DNA of 33,041 nucleotides from the NCBI GenBank assembly GCA_019561615.1, contig JAHEQA010000027.1:1-33041 (forward strand), given 5' to 3'. A program made the position numbers and the translations under genes. Below, one piece after another: positions 19,965 to 31,029 of the stretch (the stretch's first letter is position 1; every line of letters starts with the position of its first letter). The notes beneath the pieces were generated by a model. The model saw only the letters and a list, made by a program, of their open reading frames with translations, had not been told where the DNA came from and did no database searches. This DNA is from Methanothermococcus sp. SCGC AD-155-E23. Lineage in GTDB: Archaea; AGJL01; Methanococci; Methanococcales; Methanococcaceae.

Positions 19965-20662
19965 GGCTTATTCTCCAGATCCCTTATCAACCTCTCTAAC
20001 CTCTCCCTCTCTCCCCTGGAAATATCTACGAAGAACACCCTGCCACCTGGCTCCCCCCTCTCCTTCAAGTTTGTAATCCTAAAGTACCCCTTCCTAGTAG
20101 CTACATAACCTGTGGTATAGGAGGGGTTATCTGAGACACAGAGCTCTGCAACAACACCTAGATCTATAACCTTGGTGGCTATCCCTATGGCATCTACAGT
20201 CCTCTCTGTTCCCAACTTCTCTCTCAGTATCCTCTCCCTCAACTCCTCAGATGTGGATATACACTTCACCCTCACACCCCTCTCCTTATCAGGTTCCAAC
20301 CTCTCCCCCTGGAGATTCAGTATACTTGCCCCCCTCATACCTCCCCTCTCCACTATTCTGAAGGCCTCCTCTATAACCTCCTCTTTTATTCCCTCCCTCT
20401 TCAGGATACCCCTGGCAACCTCCCTGGCCTCCTCCTTGTTCCTACATTCAAGGGTTGTAATAGGGAGGTGAGGAACATACTCTATATCTTCCCTGATCTC
20501 CTCAATTTTTATATTTATAAAGTCTGGGGTTCCAAGCTCATGGGAGAAGGCCCTCCTTATAAACTTGAGAACGTACTCCTCCACCTTCTCCCTCTCTACA
20601 ATGGTCTCCGCCCCAGAGATATGTTTACCATTCCTTGAGGCCCTCATCTTTATACTGTACAT
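19949..20662 (-). CDS. bioW: 6-carboxyhexanoate--CoA ligase (pimeloyl-CoA synthase)
   Basis: MYSIKMRAS...[33 protein letters not shown]; start corrected to ATG 20662 after GGAGGGGGTG. Confidence 0.93.
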   Translation of the reverse strand: MYSIKMRASRNGKHISGAETIVEREKVEEYVLKFIRRAFSHELGTPDFINIKIEEIREDIEYVPHLPITTLECRNKEEAREVARGILKREGIKEEVIEEAFRIVERGGMRGASILNLQGERLEPDKERGVRVKCISTSEELRERILREKLGTERTVDAIGIATKVIDLGVVAELCVSDNPSYTTGYVATRKGYFRITNLKERGEPGGRVFFVDISRGERERLERLIRDLENKPYIIK

Positions 20663-20741
20663 ATCCACCCCCTCCAAAAATATATATAAAGGATTAATTA
20701 ACAATAACAACTATGACTATAAAAGCTATAGGTGATAACCG

Positions 20742-21674
20742 ATGATACTCTTTGAGTGGGGTACCTACAACGCCCTCTCTACACTAAGACAGGCTGCACT
20801 CCTAGGTACAAGAATTACAGAGATACCACCTGCTGTCCTAGCCAGGAGGATGTCACCAGACTACTACGAGAACTACAGAGAGATAGGAGAGAAGTACTTT
20901 ACAATGATTATAGCCCATGGACCCTACTACAACGTAACATCTGAGAGGGGGTTGAAGGCCCACCTCACAGCAATAGAGAGGGCTACAATAGCTGGAGCTA
21001 AGATATACAACTACCACCTTGGTAGGAGGATAGGAGCTGGAGATCTAAATGTACAGTTGGAGATCTTGAAGAAGTTCAACGAGGTAAACAGTGAGATGAT
21101 ATACTCCCCAGAACCTGCTACAAACGAGGAGGGGTTTGGTACCCTAGATGAACTCGAGGAACTTGTAAAGGCTGCAAGGGAGGAGGGAATAAAGATAATA
21201 CCCTCCCTACAGTTGGAGAACATATTCCTCACTGAGTTAAAGGTCTATGAAACTGGCGACTTCATGGAGGCCTCTGAGAAGGCAGATACACAGTGGTGGC
21301 TAAATATCTTGGAGAGGATGGACAAGATATCAGAGAACATGGTACATATTAGGTTCTCCCAGGTAGTAGGTATCAAGTATGGGGACAGGTTCTATAAGAA
21401 GAGGATGCCCTTGGGAATGGGATATCCACCTTTTGAACCTCTTGCAGAGGCCCTCTCAACATACTTCGTAAATAACAGTATGGCAAAGGATGTTAAAAAG
21501 ATACTCTTCCTCTACACAGGACTACCTGAAGTTAAGTACAGGGATCTAATAGATATCTACGCTACAGTTATGAAGTTGTCCATAGATAAGTTGATGAGTA
21601 AGAGAAACCAGATGGAGTATGGAAGATTCTACGCCACTACTGGCAGAGGAGAAGAGGAAGACAGCGATCAATAA
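20742..21674 (+). CDS. Hypothetical protein, probable AP endonuclease 2 / xylose isomerase-like TIM barrel
   Basis: AHGPYYN, NYHLG, SPE...FGTLDEL and HIRFS echo archaeal EndoIV-like motifs; GGTGA RBS. Confidence 0.6.
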   Translation: MILFEWGTYNALSTLRQAALLGTRITEIPPAVLARRMSPDYYENYREIGEKYFTMIIAHGPYYNVTSERGLKAHLTAIERATIAGAKIYNYHLGRRIGAGDLNVQLEILKKFNEVNSEMIYSPEPATNEEGFGTLDELEELVKAAREEGIKIIPSLQLENIFLTELKVYETGDFMEASEKADTQWWLNILERMDKISENMVHIRFSQVVGIKYGDRFYKKRMPLGMGYPPFEPLAEALSTYFVNNSMAKDVKKILFLYTGLPEVKYRDLIDIYATVMKLSIDKLMSKRNQMEYGRFYATTGRGEEEDSDQ

Positions 21675-21706
21675 CTTTTTTACTATTTTTCTACCCTCTT
21701 TTTTTC
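21675..21706 (+). terminator. Oligo-T terminator region
   Basis: Three T runs directly after the stop at 21674. Confidence 0.5.
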
Positions 21707-21760
21707 ACAATTTTTATAAATTTTACCTTTATAATAAATTTTCACAAAGATTAAAAAGTG

Positions 21761-24040
21761 ATGGTTATGATAGACAAGTGTCCAATTTGCAGGGGCACTG
21801 GGAAGAAGATAGTAAGGTATAAGACATGTCCAGAGTGTGAGGGAAGTGGATACATATGCGAGTTTGATACAAAGTCTCACTTTAAAGGTATTTCTAAAAG
21901 ATCCAAGTACGACCTGGATCTTGCCGAGGTGCCCTGTCCAAACTGTGAAGGTAGTGGTAAGGTACCTGTCTATGACACCTGTGACTACTGTGGAGGTTCT
22001 GGAAAGGTTGTAAAGTGTGACAAGTGTGGTAGATACATTGGAAAGTATCCAGAGTATAAAGACGTTACCCTATGTGACATATGTAGAAGAGAGGAAGAGG
22101 AGAGGAGGAAGAATCTAAAGACTGTCTACGAGTTGGACAGTCTATGTAACGTTGGAGACGTAGAGACAGGTAAGTTTTACAAGGGGGTTGTATCCAGGAC
22201 TGAGAAGTACGGGGTATTTGTCTCCCTCAACGAGCAGACAAGGGGTCTACTTAAACCAAGGGAGATGGTAGGTAAGAAACTAAGTGACTTTAAAATTGGA
22301 GATGAGGTTATAGTGCAGGTCATAGATGTAAGACCTGAGAAGAGGGAGATTGACTTTAGATACATACCACTAACTGACTACACCGTGGAGAAGCTTGAGA
22401 AGGAGATACCTCTAACAACCATTAAGGAGATCATAGATAAGGGATTAGTGGAGATGATAGATGAGATCGTTCACATCAGGGGGGAGGTTATCCAGATAAC
22501 CCAGACACCTGGACCAACTATCTTCACAGTGACAGATGGTACTGAGACCGCCTGGGTTTCAGCCCTGGATGTTGCAGGTCTAAGGGCACATCCCGAGGTA
22601 ATGGTTGGAGATATCATAGACGTTATTGGAACTGTATCTATAAGGGAGGGAAGGCTCCAGATCGAGAGGTTGAAGTTGAAGAAGTTAGAGGGTGAAGAGG
22701 CTGAGAAGGTTAAGAGGGAGATAGAGAGGAAGTTAGATGAGAAGTCAGAACCCTATGGAGATATAGACTTCCTGGTAGAATCTCCAGTTTTGGAGAAGTT
22801 GAGACCTAGGATGGCCCATGTGGCAAAGAAGATTAGGAGGGCTATATTAGATGGAAAACCTGTCATTATAAGGCACCATGCAGATGCAGATGGGTACTGT
22901 GCAGGCTTAGCCCTGGAGAGGGCTATACTCCCAATACTTAGTAAGTTCTCCATAGATGTAGATGCCCAGTGGCACTACTTTAAGAGAAGTCCTTCAAAGG
23001 CCCCATTCTACGAGTTGGAGGATGTGACCAAGGATCTAGTACACTCCCTAGAGGATAAGTTGAGATTTGGCCAGAAGATGCCCCTTGTAGTACTTACAGA
23101 CAACGGTAGTACAGATGAAGACATCCCTGCCATCTCCCAGGCTGTAGCCTTTGGAGTAGATGTACTTGTAATAGATCATCACTACCCTGGAGAGGTTGTC
23201 AACGGCAGAGTTGAGGTAGACGAGTACATCTCTGGCCATGTAAACCCCTACCTCGTTGGAGGGGACAGTAACCTTACAGCAGGGGTGCTGGCAACAGAGG
23301 TTGCAAGGATGATAAACAAGGATGTAACTGAGGAGATAAATCACCTTCCAGGTATAGCGGTAGTTGGAGATCACGCCAAGGGTAGGGAGGTGGAGGAGTA
23401 TATAAAGATAGCCCTTAAGGACCTTACAAAGTGGAGTAAGAGGTACGGTAGTGGTAAGGAGTATACCGTAGAGGATCTTGAGAAGATAGCCCTATGTATG
23501 GACTTCGAGGCCTTCTATCTAAGGTTCATGAGTGGAAGGGGAATAGTGGAGGAGATCCTGGCCACAAACAAGAGGGAGATATACAGACATGAGAGGTTGA
23601 TAGACATCCTCTATAAGAGGGCTATGGAGATGATAGACAGGCAGATGAGAGCTGCACTACCTGCCCTAAAAACCCAAAAACTGGAGAATAACATTATACT
23701 GAATACCCTGGACGTGGAGAAGTACACCCATAAGTTTACCTTCCCGCCACCAGGGAAAACCTGTGGATTTGTACATGATACAGTAGTTAAAAAGTACGGG
23801 GAGGAGACCCCTATTATAACCATAGCCTATGGGCCAGATTTCTTGGTGGTTAGGGCTACAGATGTGGTAAGTGAGAGGTTCAACTTCAACCTAAACCATA
23901 TAGTGGAACAACTTATGAGGGAGATTCCTGAGGCCTCCATAGACGGAGGGGGACATGAGTGTGCAGGTAGTATGAAGTTCGTAGAGGGTCTAAGGGATAA
24001 GGTACTTACCAGGTTTATAGACATCCTTAGAAGTATGTAA
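21761..24040 (+). CDS. Archaeal RecJ-like DHH phosphoesterase with DnaJ-type Zn finger, S1 and OB domains
   Basis: Repeated CxxCxGxG, S1 (YGVFVSLN), OB fold, HHADADG, DNGS, IDHH, GGGH; start within 21758-21767. Confidence 0.9.
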   Translation: MVMIDKCPICRGTGKKIVRYKTCPECEGSGYICEFDTKSHFKGISKRSKYDLDLAEVPCPNCEGSGKVPVYDTCDYCGGSGKVVKCDKCGRYIGKYPEYKDVTLCDICRREEEERRKNLKTVYELDSLCNVGDVETGKFYKGVVSRTEKYGVFVSLNEQTRGLLKPREMVGKKLSDFKIGDEVIVQVIDVRPEKREIDFRYIPLTDYTVEKLEKEIPLTTIKEIIDKGLVEMIDEIVHIRGEVIQITQTPGPTIFTVTDGTETAWVSALDVAGLRAHPEVMVGDIIDVIGTVSIREGRLQIERLKLKKLEGEEAEKVKREIERKLDEKSEPYGDIDFLVESPVLEKLRPRMAHVAKKIRRAILDGKPVIIRHHADADGYCAGLALERAILPILSKFSIDVDAQWHYFKRSPSKAPFYELEDVTKDLVHSLEDKLRFGQKMPLVVLTDNGSTDEDIPAISQAVAFGVDVLVIDHHYPGEVVNGRVEVDEYISGHVNPYLVGGDSNLTAGVLATEVARMINKDVTEEINHLPGIAVVGDHAKGREVEEYIKIALKDLTKWSKRYGSGKEYTVEDLEKIALCMDFEAFYLRFMSGRGIVEEILATNKREIYRHERLIDILYKRAMEMIDRQMRAALPALKTQKLENNIILNTLDVEKYTHKFTFPPPGKTCGFVHDTVVKKYGEETPIITIAYGPDFLVVRATDVVSERFNFNLNHIVEQLMREIPEASIDGGGHECAGSMKFVEGLRDKVLTRFIDILRSM

Positions 24041-24051
24041 GGGAGGGTTAA

Positions 24052-24834
24052 ATGATATTGAAGTTAAATGTCCCCCAGTGGCACTACAGTATGCTCCAGG
24101 ACAGGGAGAGGTTAGGTGTATTCAGGTGGGCTATAGAGAGAAGTGTTAAACCTGAGGATATACTCTACGACGTAGGCACTGGCAGTGGAATACTGGCCAT
24201 GATAGCAGCGAGAATTGCAAGGAAGGTATACGCCATTGAGTTGGATCCTATAACCTACCAGTACGCCCTGGAGAATATAAGGATAAACAGGTTTAAAAAC
24301 ATAGAACTTATTGAGGGTGATGCAAGGGAGTATATCCCAGAGGAAGAGGTAGATGTAGTAGTTATGGAGATGTTGGATACTGCACTTATTACAGAGCCTC
24401 AGGTTCCAGTTATGAATGCCATACTTAAGAGAGGGATTCTAAAGGAGGGTGGAAGGGTTATACCTCAGAGGGTCTACAACACAGCCCAGGTAGTGGTATC
24501 CAAGATGAACCATATCTACTACGACGAGGAGGTAACATCGGAACCCCTATCCCAGGAGATACTTTACAGTACAGTGGATTTCCACAGGATAAACAGGGAG
24601 GAGGTCTCCTACTACCTGGAGTTCAAGATACCTCCTGAAGTTAATGAGGATAGGCTAGGTATAAGGTTAAACACCTACACCCAACTGAGAGAGGATACAG
24701 TGGCTGGAAGCACCCCTATGTTAAATCCACCTCTTATTATACCTGTGGAGAATCCTAGGATAGAGGACAACATATTGAAGGTTAAACTGTCCTACAGAAT
24801 GGGGGGAGATCTAGAGAGTATAAAAGTAGAATAA
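24052..24834 (+). CDS. Class I SAM methyltransferase (PRMT/PrmA-like)
   Basis: HYSMLQDRER, YDVGTGSGILA, DVVVMEMLDT...E (double-E-like loop), GGRVIP. Confidence 0.82.
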   Translation: MILKLNVPQWHYSMLQDRERLGVFRWAIERSVKPEDILYDVGTGSGILAMIAARIARKVYAIELDPITYQYALENIRINRFKNIELIEGDAREYIPEEEVDVVVMEMLDTALITEPQVPVMNAILKRGILKEGGRVIPQRVYNTAQVVVSKMNHIYYDEEVTSEPLSQEILYSTVDFHRINREEVSYYLEFKIPPEVNEDRLGIRLNTYTQLREDTVAGSTPMLNPPLIIPVENPRIEDNILKVKLSYRMGGDLESIKVE

Positions 24835-24851
24835 TTTTTATTGGTGGGAGT

Positions 24852-25682
24852 ATCAGGGTAGGTATACTATGTTGTAGAAAGACCCTTGAAAACCTACTTA
24901 TCTACAGGTACCTGTCAAGGAGATATCCCACTACTTTTATAGATCCTAGAAAGTTAAGATTAGATGTTGATCTTATTCTCTCAAGGGTTGAGAGAGACTA
25001 TTTAAAAGAGGGTCTAGAGGCCCTGAAGTATATTGAGGAGACTACAGATATTGAAGTTATTAATCCAGGGAGAGCTGTGAAGATATGTCAAAATAAATAC
25101 CTCACATATCAGGTGCTAGGGGAGTACATGCCAGTTTCCATCCAGGTGTCTCCAGATAACTTCCAGGATGTAGATTACCTCATGGAGGAGGTAGGTTTAA
25201 AATTCCCTGTAGTAGTAAAGCCAGTCTATGGGGGCTACGGTGATGGGGTTTTAAAGTTAGAGGGAATGGAGGATCTAAAGGGTTTTTTAAATAGATACTA
25301 CGAGAGGAACTCCAGTAACCTTATCCTTCAGGAGTATATACCCTATAGACATGATGTAAGGGTCTTCGTTATCGATAACAGGGTAGTATGTGCCATGGAG
25401 AGGATCCCTAAAAATGACTGGAGGGCAAATTGCTCCCTTGGAGCAGAAACCAGGAGATTCTCTATAGGGGAGGATGTTGAGGATCTTCTTTTAAAGGGTG
25501 TTAAAAAAGTAGGTGCCCACATAGTTGGAGTGGATGTGTTGATAGATGAAGAGGGCAACCACTACATACTGGAGTTGAATATAACCCCTCAATTTAGAAA
25601 CATTATGAGATATGTAGATATTCCCCTGGAGATAGTGAAGTACATAGAAGAGAGGTTAAGTTCCAACAACCATAGGTTCTGA
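24852..25682 (+). CDS. RimK-family ATP-grasp alpha-L-glutamate ligase, probable ATC start
   Basis: Frame is open well upstream of GTG 25077: (I)[10 protein letters not shown]...LILSRV...VINP; then [40 protein letters not shown]. Confidence 0.85.
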   Translation: MRVGILCCRKTLENLLIYRYLSRRYPTTFIDPRKLRLDVDLILSRVERDYLKEGLEALKYIEETTDIEVINPGRAVKICQNKYLTYQVLGEYMPVSIQVSPDNFQDVDYLMEEVGLKFPVVVKPVYGGYGDGVLKLEGMEDLKGFLNRYYERNSSNLILQEYIPYRHDVRVFVIDNRVVCAMERIPKNDWRANCSLGAETRRFSIGEDVEDLLLKGVKKVGAHIVGVDVLIDEEGNHYILELNITPQFRNIMRYVDIPLEIVKYIEERLSSNNHRF

Positions 25683-26456
25683 AAGATCCTTAATAAGTCT
25701 TATAACGGAGTAGGCTGCCAGCGCTGAGGTCTTAGGATTCTCCCTGGAGGGCACATTCTCCACAACTGTTCTTATAGTACCAGTGGAGCCTCTAACTGTC
25801 ACCTCATGTCTATTTACAGAGATCTTTGGATCCACCACTATCTTAACCTTTGTTGGAAAGTTAGATGCCAGATAGAGTACTAGAGAGACATTTATATTCT
25901 GAGGAAATTTCTCTATAGCCTCTGAGAAAGAACCTTCAAAGACGGTAGTAGGTTCTGAAATAGCATCTATATCAAACCCCAACCTCTCCAGTGCATCCCT
26001 TAACCCCTCTAGAGGTTTTACCGTTGTCAATGTCACCTCGTATATCTCCCCTAGAGAGGCTGCCTTGATTGCATCTATCCCTGCAATAGCCCCTGAAGGT
26101 ATGTATATCCTTCTGTTGTGTTTCTTTGCAAGGTTGTAGAGTTTCTTGTAGAGGTTAAGGTCTTTAAAGGCACCTACACTCATTATTATTACATCCTTTC
26201 CCCTTTCTATAGCCCTCGTTGCCACCTCCTCCACCGCCTGGATGGAGGCACACTCTATCACCAGGTCCAGATCCTTCTCTACTAACTCCTCTATGGAGTG
26301 ACATACTTCAGCTCCTACCAACCTCCCAAGTTTCTCCGCCTTGTGGATGTGCCTGTCGTAGAGGGCTACAACCTTAGGGTTAATAATACCCTTTAAAATG
26401 GCATTAACTATGGAGGTTGCAATGGCTCCACAACCTACCATCCCTATCCTAAGCAT
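25656..26456 (-). CDS. nadX: L-aspartate dehydrogenase
   Basis: [49 protein letters not shown]. Confidence 0.94.
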   Translation of the reverse strand: MLRIGMVGCGAIATSIVNAILKGIINPKVVALYDRHIHKAEKLGRLVGAEVCHSIEELVEKDLDLVIECASIQAVEEVATRAIERGKDVIIMSVGAFKDLNLYKKLYNLAKKHNRRIYIPSGAIAGIDAIKAASLGEIYEVTLTTVKPLEGLRDALERLGFDIDAISEPTTVFEGSFSEAIEKFPQNINVSLVLYLASNFPTKVKIVVDPKISVNRHEVTVRGSTGTIRTVVENVPSRENPKTSALAAYSVIRLIKDLSEPMVVGT

Positions 26457-26468
26457 CTATAACCCCAG

Positions 26469-26714
26469 TTATTTTTTTGGTAGTTTTACCAGTACAATAT
26501 TTCCTATGGCCTCTACGATTCTATAGGGTATAACAATCTTCTTGGAGGGGTCGTCTATCTTATCCTTTAAACATCCCCTGTAGACGTCACTTACCACTAT
26601 ACCACTTACTACACCTTTCTCAGTATCTATCATGGCGTCGTAGACCTCTCCAACGTAGTAACCCTGGGTGGTGTAGATCTTCTTTTTTAAAATCTCACTA
26701 ACCTTAATTGGCAT
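26469..26714 (-). CDS. PRC-barrel domain protein
   Basis: [16 protein letters not shown]...[15 protein letters not shown]; start corrected to ATG 26714. Confidence 0.88.
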   Translation of the reverse strand: MPIKVSEILKKKIYTTQGYYVGEVYDAMIDTEKGVVSGIVVSDVYRGCLKDKIDDPSKKIVIPYRIVEAIGNIVLVKLPKK

Positions 26715-26736
26715 AACAATCCCCTGTATTTTTAAC

Positions 26737-26798
26737 ACCTGTCAGACAGTGCCGGTATCATCATCTTAGATCAGTGGGGGTAACTCTCATCATCCAGG

Positions 26799-26799
<1 letters not shown>
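26737..26799 (-). ncRNA. Box C/D methylation-guide sRNA (dual guide)
   Basis: ACCTG-G-[ATGATGA]-GAGTTACCCCCA-[CTGA]-TCTAAG-[ATGATGA]-TACCGGCACTGT-[CTGA]-CAGGT: perfect C, D', C' and D boxes, two 12-nt guides, 5-bp terminal stem. Confidence 0.93.
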
Positions 26800-28343
<1,544 letters not shown>

Positions 28344-28399
28344 TTATTTTAAAAGGGTAAAAAAGAGATTAAAGGGGTTAATCATCGATTAAAAAAGTG

Positions 28400-30271
28400 T
28401 TACTTAAAGGTAGGTTGCAGGGAACAGTACATAGGTAGGGTCAAAGGTCTATATGGATACCCCTCTGCCTCCTCCTTTATCCTTCTAATCAACTCCTCCA
28501 CATCCATCCTCTCCCTATAACTACCCTTCAGTGTAGACCTCTCCCTAAGTGTAACTGTCAAGGTGTTCTCCTCCACCTCCCTATCTCCCACCACTACCAC
28601 GTAGGGAATCCAATCCTTTCCAGCATTCCTTATCTTTTTACCAACACTTTCCTCCCTGTCATCAAGATCCACCCTGATGTTACTCTCCCTCAGCCTCTTA
28701 ACAACATTTAAGGCGTACTCCCTATGGGCCTCAGATACAGGTATTACCCTAACCTGGACTGGGGATAGCCAGAGAGGTAGCATTGGAAGTTTACCCCTCT
28801 CAAGATCCCTGTAGGCCTTCTCTAGTAGGGCACATATCACCCTCTCAATACTACCAGTTGGGGAGCAGTGAAGTATCACCGGGTATACCTCTCTATCTCC
28901 CTGGTGTACCTTTATCCCAAACCTTTTAGCACTCTCTATATCTATCTGTACAGTGGGGTTTTCAATAGGTCTACCAAGGCTGTCAATTACAGCCATATCC
29001 ACCTTTCCAACCCAGTAGTGTTTCCTCTCAGGTAGTAACTCAATAAGTACATCCCTCTTATACTTCTCCTTATACTTCTTCGCAAGTTTGAAGAACCACT
29101 CCCTGTTCTCCTGGAAGAAGTCCTCTGTAAATCTGAATATTACAACATAGGGTATGTTCAGATCCTCTCCAGTTTTCAGACACATCCAGAATTGATGCTC
29201 AAACTCCTCCATCGCCTGTTCCATATCTAGGCATACCGTATGCATATCAGGCATTGTAAAGGCCCTAAGTCTCTTTAGACCAACAAGTTCTCCCCTCTGC
29301 TCATATCTAAAACTGTAGGTGGAAAGTTCATACAACTTAAGAGGTAGATACCTTGGAAGTATGTACATGTCTCTCTTCATCATGAACTGGCCAAAGCATG
29401 CTGCAAATCTAAGCATCAACTCCCTATCTCCCTGGGTAAACCTATATTGCCTCTCTCCAAACTTATCTGCATGCTCCCTTATAGCCCTGTTCTCCAAATT
29501 GTACATAACTGGTGTCTCTACAGGCATCCCCCCATACTCCACAACTAGGTTGTACACGTAATCTGCCAGGAGATCCCTAATAAGTTTCCCCTTTGGATAC
29601 CATCTGAAGTGACCATGATCTGAGGAGGGCTCGTAATCACAGATCTCCTTCTCCCTTATATACTTCACATGGGCAGGTTCCCCCCTCTCCTCCTTACCCT
29701 TTATACCTAGTTCCTTGTAGGCCAGAGCCTTTAAATCCTCATCTCTTACAACCTCCTGGATATTCCCCTCTTCCAACTCTATAAGTCTCTCCCCCTCTAC
29801 ATCTAGGAGGTAGAGTTTTGACTCCCTTTTCTCTTTCTCCTCCTTCTCCCCTGTATCACAGGTGATCCTCCTGGACAACTCACTTAGTGGATGTCCCTTA
29901 CAACTTATCTTAAAGGACTTATACCATCCAAAGGGTGCCCTCAATACGTTGTAACCCCTCTCCCTTAACCTCTCCTCCATCTCTACAAGTATCTCCCTTG
30001 CAACCTCTGGAGAGGCCAGATCACTTGATAGATGGGCATAGGGGTATACCACTATGTTGTCAACCTTGAGATTTTTGGCAATTTTTGTTATCTCCTCCAA
30101 GGCCTTTTCTACAATGGCCTTTGGATTTGCCTCATCCCCCCTTTCAACTGCGGTAAATACTGTTAAACACTCCTCCATTCTTCCCTCTAACTTGTTAGTA
30201 TCCTCGGCAATTTTTGTCTTCTCAGTGGCCTTAAATTCTAGATAGTCAGCGTGTATCAGTAGTAACCTCAC
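28400..30271 (-). CDS. thrS: Threonyl-tRNA synthetase (archaeal type)
   Basis: Archaeal editing domain LLIH...YPYAHLS...RAPFGWYK...CKGHPLSELSR; LRFAACFG, FTMPDMH, ILHCSPTGSIER; GTG start. Confidence 0.97.
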   Translation of the reverse strand: MRLLLIHADYLEFKATEKTKIAEDTNKLEGRMEECLTVFTAVERGDEANPKAIVEKALEEITKIAKNLKVDNIVVYPYAHLSSDLASPEVAREILVEMEERLRERGYNVLRAPFGWYKSFKISCKGHPLSELSRRITCDTGEKEEKEKRESKLYLLDVEGERLIELEEGNIQEVVRDEDLKALAYKELGIKGKEERGEPAHVKYIREKEICDYEPSSDHGHFRWYPKGKLIRDLLADYVYNLVVEYGGMPVETPVMYNLENRAIREHADKFGERQYRFTQGDRELMLRFAACFGQFMMKRDMYILPRYLPLKLYELSTYSFRYEQRGELVGLKRLRAFTMPDMHTVCLDMEQAMEEFEHQFWMCLKTGEDLNIPYVVIFRFTEDFFQENREWFFKLAKKYKEKYKRDVLIELLPERKHYWVGKVDMAVIDSLGRPIENPTVQIDIESAKRFGIKVHQGDREVYPVILHCSPTGSIERVICALLEKAYRDLERGKLPMLPLWLSPVQVRVIPVSEAHREYALNVVKRLRESNIRVDLDDREESVGKKIRNAGKDWIPYVVVVGDREVEENTLTVTLRERSTLKGSYRERMDVEELIRRIKEEAEGYPYRPLTLPMYCSLQPTFK

Positions 30272-30285
30272 ACTACCCCTCTTGA

Positions 30286-30316
30286 ATGTTTAACAGTTAG
30301 GTATGTTAAACAGTTA
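30286..30316. promoter_or_regulatory. Inverted plus direct repeat at the thrS leader
   Basis: TGTTTAACA-N8-TGTTAAACA is a perfect 9-bp inverted repeat; ATGTTWAACAGTTA also occurs twice 17 nt apart; TATA-like TTTTATA (minus strand) at 30329-30335. Confidence 0.45.
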
Positions 30317-30374
30317 AAAAAGTTAAACTATAAAAATAATTTTTAAAAAAGAGAAGACTTTAACTACTTAAACT

Positions 30375-30520
30375 CCGTTCTGGTTATCTGCTACTTTTAA
30401 AAATATCGTAGCGATAACCTTCCCTCTTATCTGAGGGCTTTCGGGGAAAGAGGAACTCCCCACATCTTCAGGGAATACCTGTAACCATTAGGGCTTAAGT
30501 ACCCATATAGCGGGCATAGG
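30375..30520 (-). ncRNA. Structured ncRNA, HgcC-like / TnpB right-end (omega, sot) RNA-like, with no tnpB ORF
   Basis: Consecutive hairpins TGCCC/GGGTA, CAGG/CCTG, GGGGA/TCCCC, CCCTC/GAGGG and GGTTATC-GCTAC/GTAGC-A-GATAACC, ending AGAACGG. CTGAAGATGTGGGGAGTT reads LKMWGV, as I recall from Thermococcales-type TnpB C-termini. Confidence 0.65.
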
Positions 30521-30536
30521 GAAATATCTCAATGTT

Positions 30537-31001
30537 TCACTTGTTGCTATCTATAAAATCCCCTCTCTTCCATCTCTCAATGATCTCCTTAACTATATCG
30601 TAGGAGCTGTGGAAGGGACACCTTACATACTCCTTACATCTTACAACATCCACCTCTAAGTTGTGTCTCTTCAACTCCTCTTTCAACTGATCTGGATCAA
30701 AGGTCTGCTGATCAGGGCCTAAAACGATAACATCTGGTTTAATATTTAAAATAGGTTCCAACTTGTTATTTAAACTACCAAGTATGGCCTTGTCCACAGG
30801 TTTAAGTGCCTCTACCATAAACCTTCGCTGCTCCTCTGGTATAACAGGTTTCCTACCCTTTATCTTCTTAACAGTCTCATCCCTGGCCACTATAACTATA
30901 AGTTTATCCCCTAGACTCTTGGCATACTTAAGGATGTGGTAATGCCCTGGATGTAAAAGGTCGAAGGTACCGGCAGTTACCACTATCTTCTCTTTTTTCA
31001 T
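30537..31001 (-). CDS. ribL: Archaeal FAD synthase (cytidylyltransferase family)
   Basis: [43 protein letters not shown]; alternative GTG start at 31010. Confidence 0.9.
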   Translation of the reverse strand: MKKEKIVVTAGTFDLLHPGHYHILKYAKSLGDKLIVIVARDETVKKIKGRKPVIPEEQRRFMVEALKPVDKAILGSLNNKLEPILNIKPDVIVLGPDQQTFDPDQLKEELKRHNLEVDVVRCKEYVRCPFHSSYDIVKEIIERWKRGDFIDSNK

Positions 31002-31029
31002 AGTGCTCACAAAAAAGTTAGTAAAAAAG

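Noticed and set aside
30375-30520. RNase P RNA, SRP RNA or TPP riboswitch as the identity of the structured element
   Set aside because: Only scattered short word matches (GAGGAACTCC, CTGAG, CAGAACGG), in the wrong order or on opposite strands; it is also too short for RNase P or SRP RNA.
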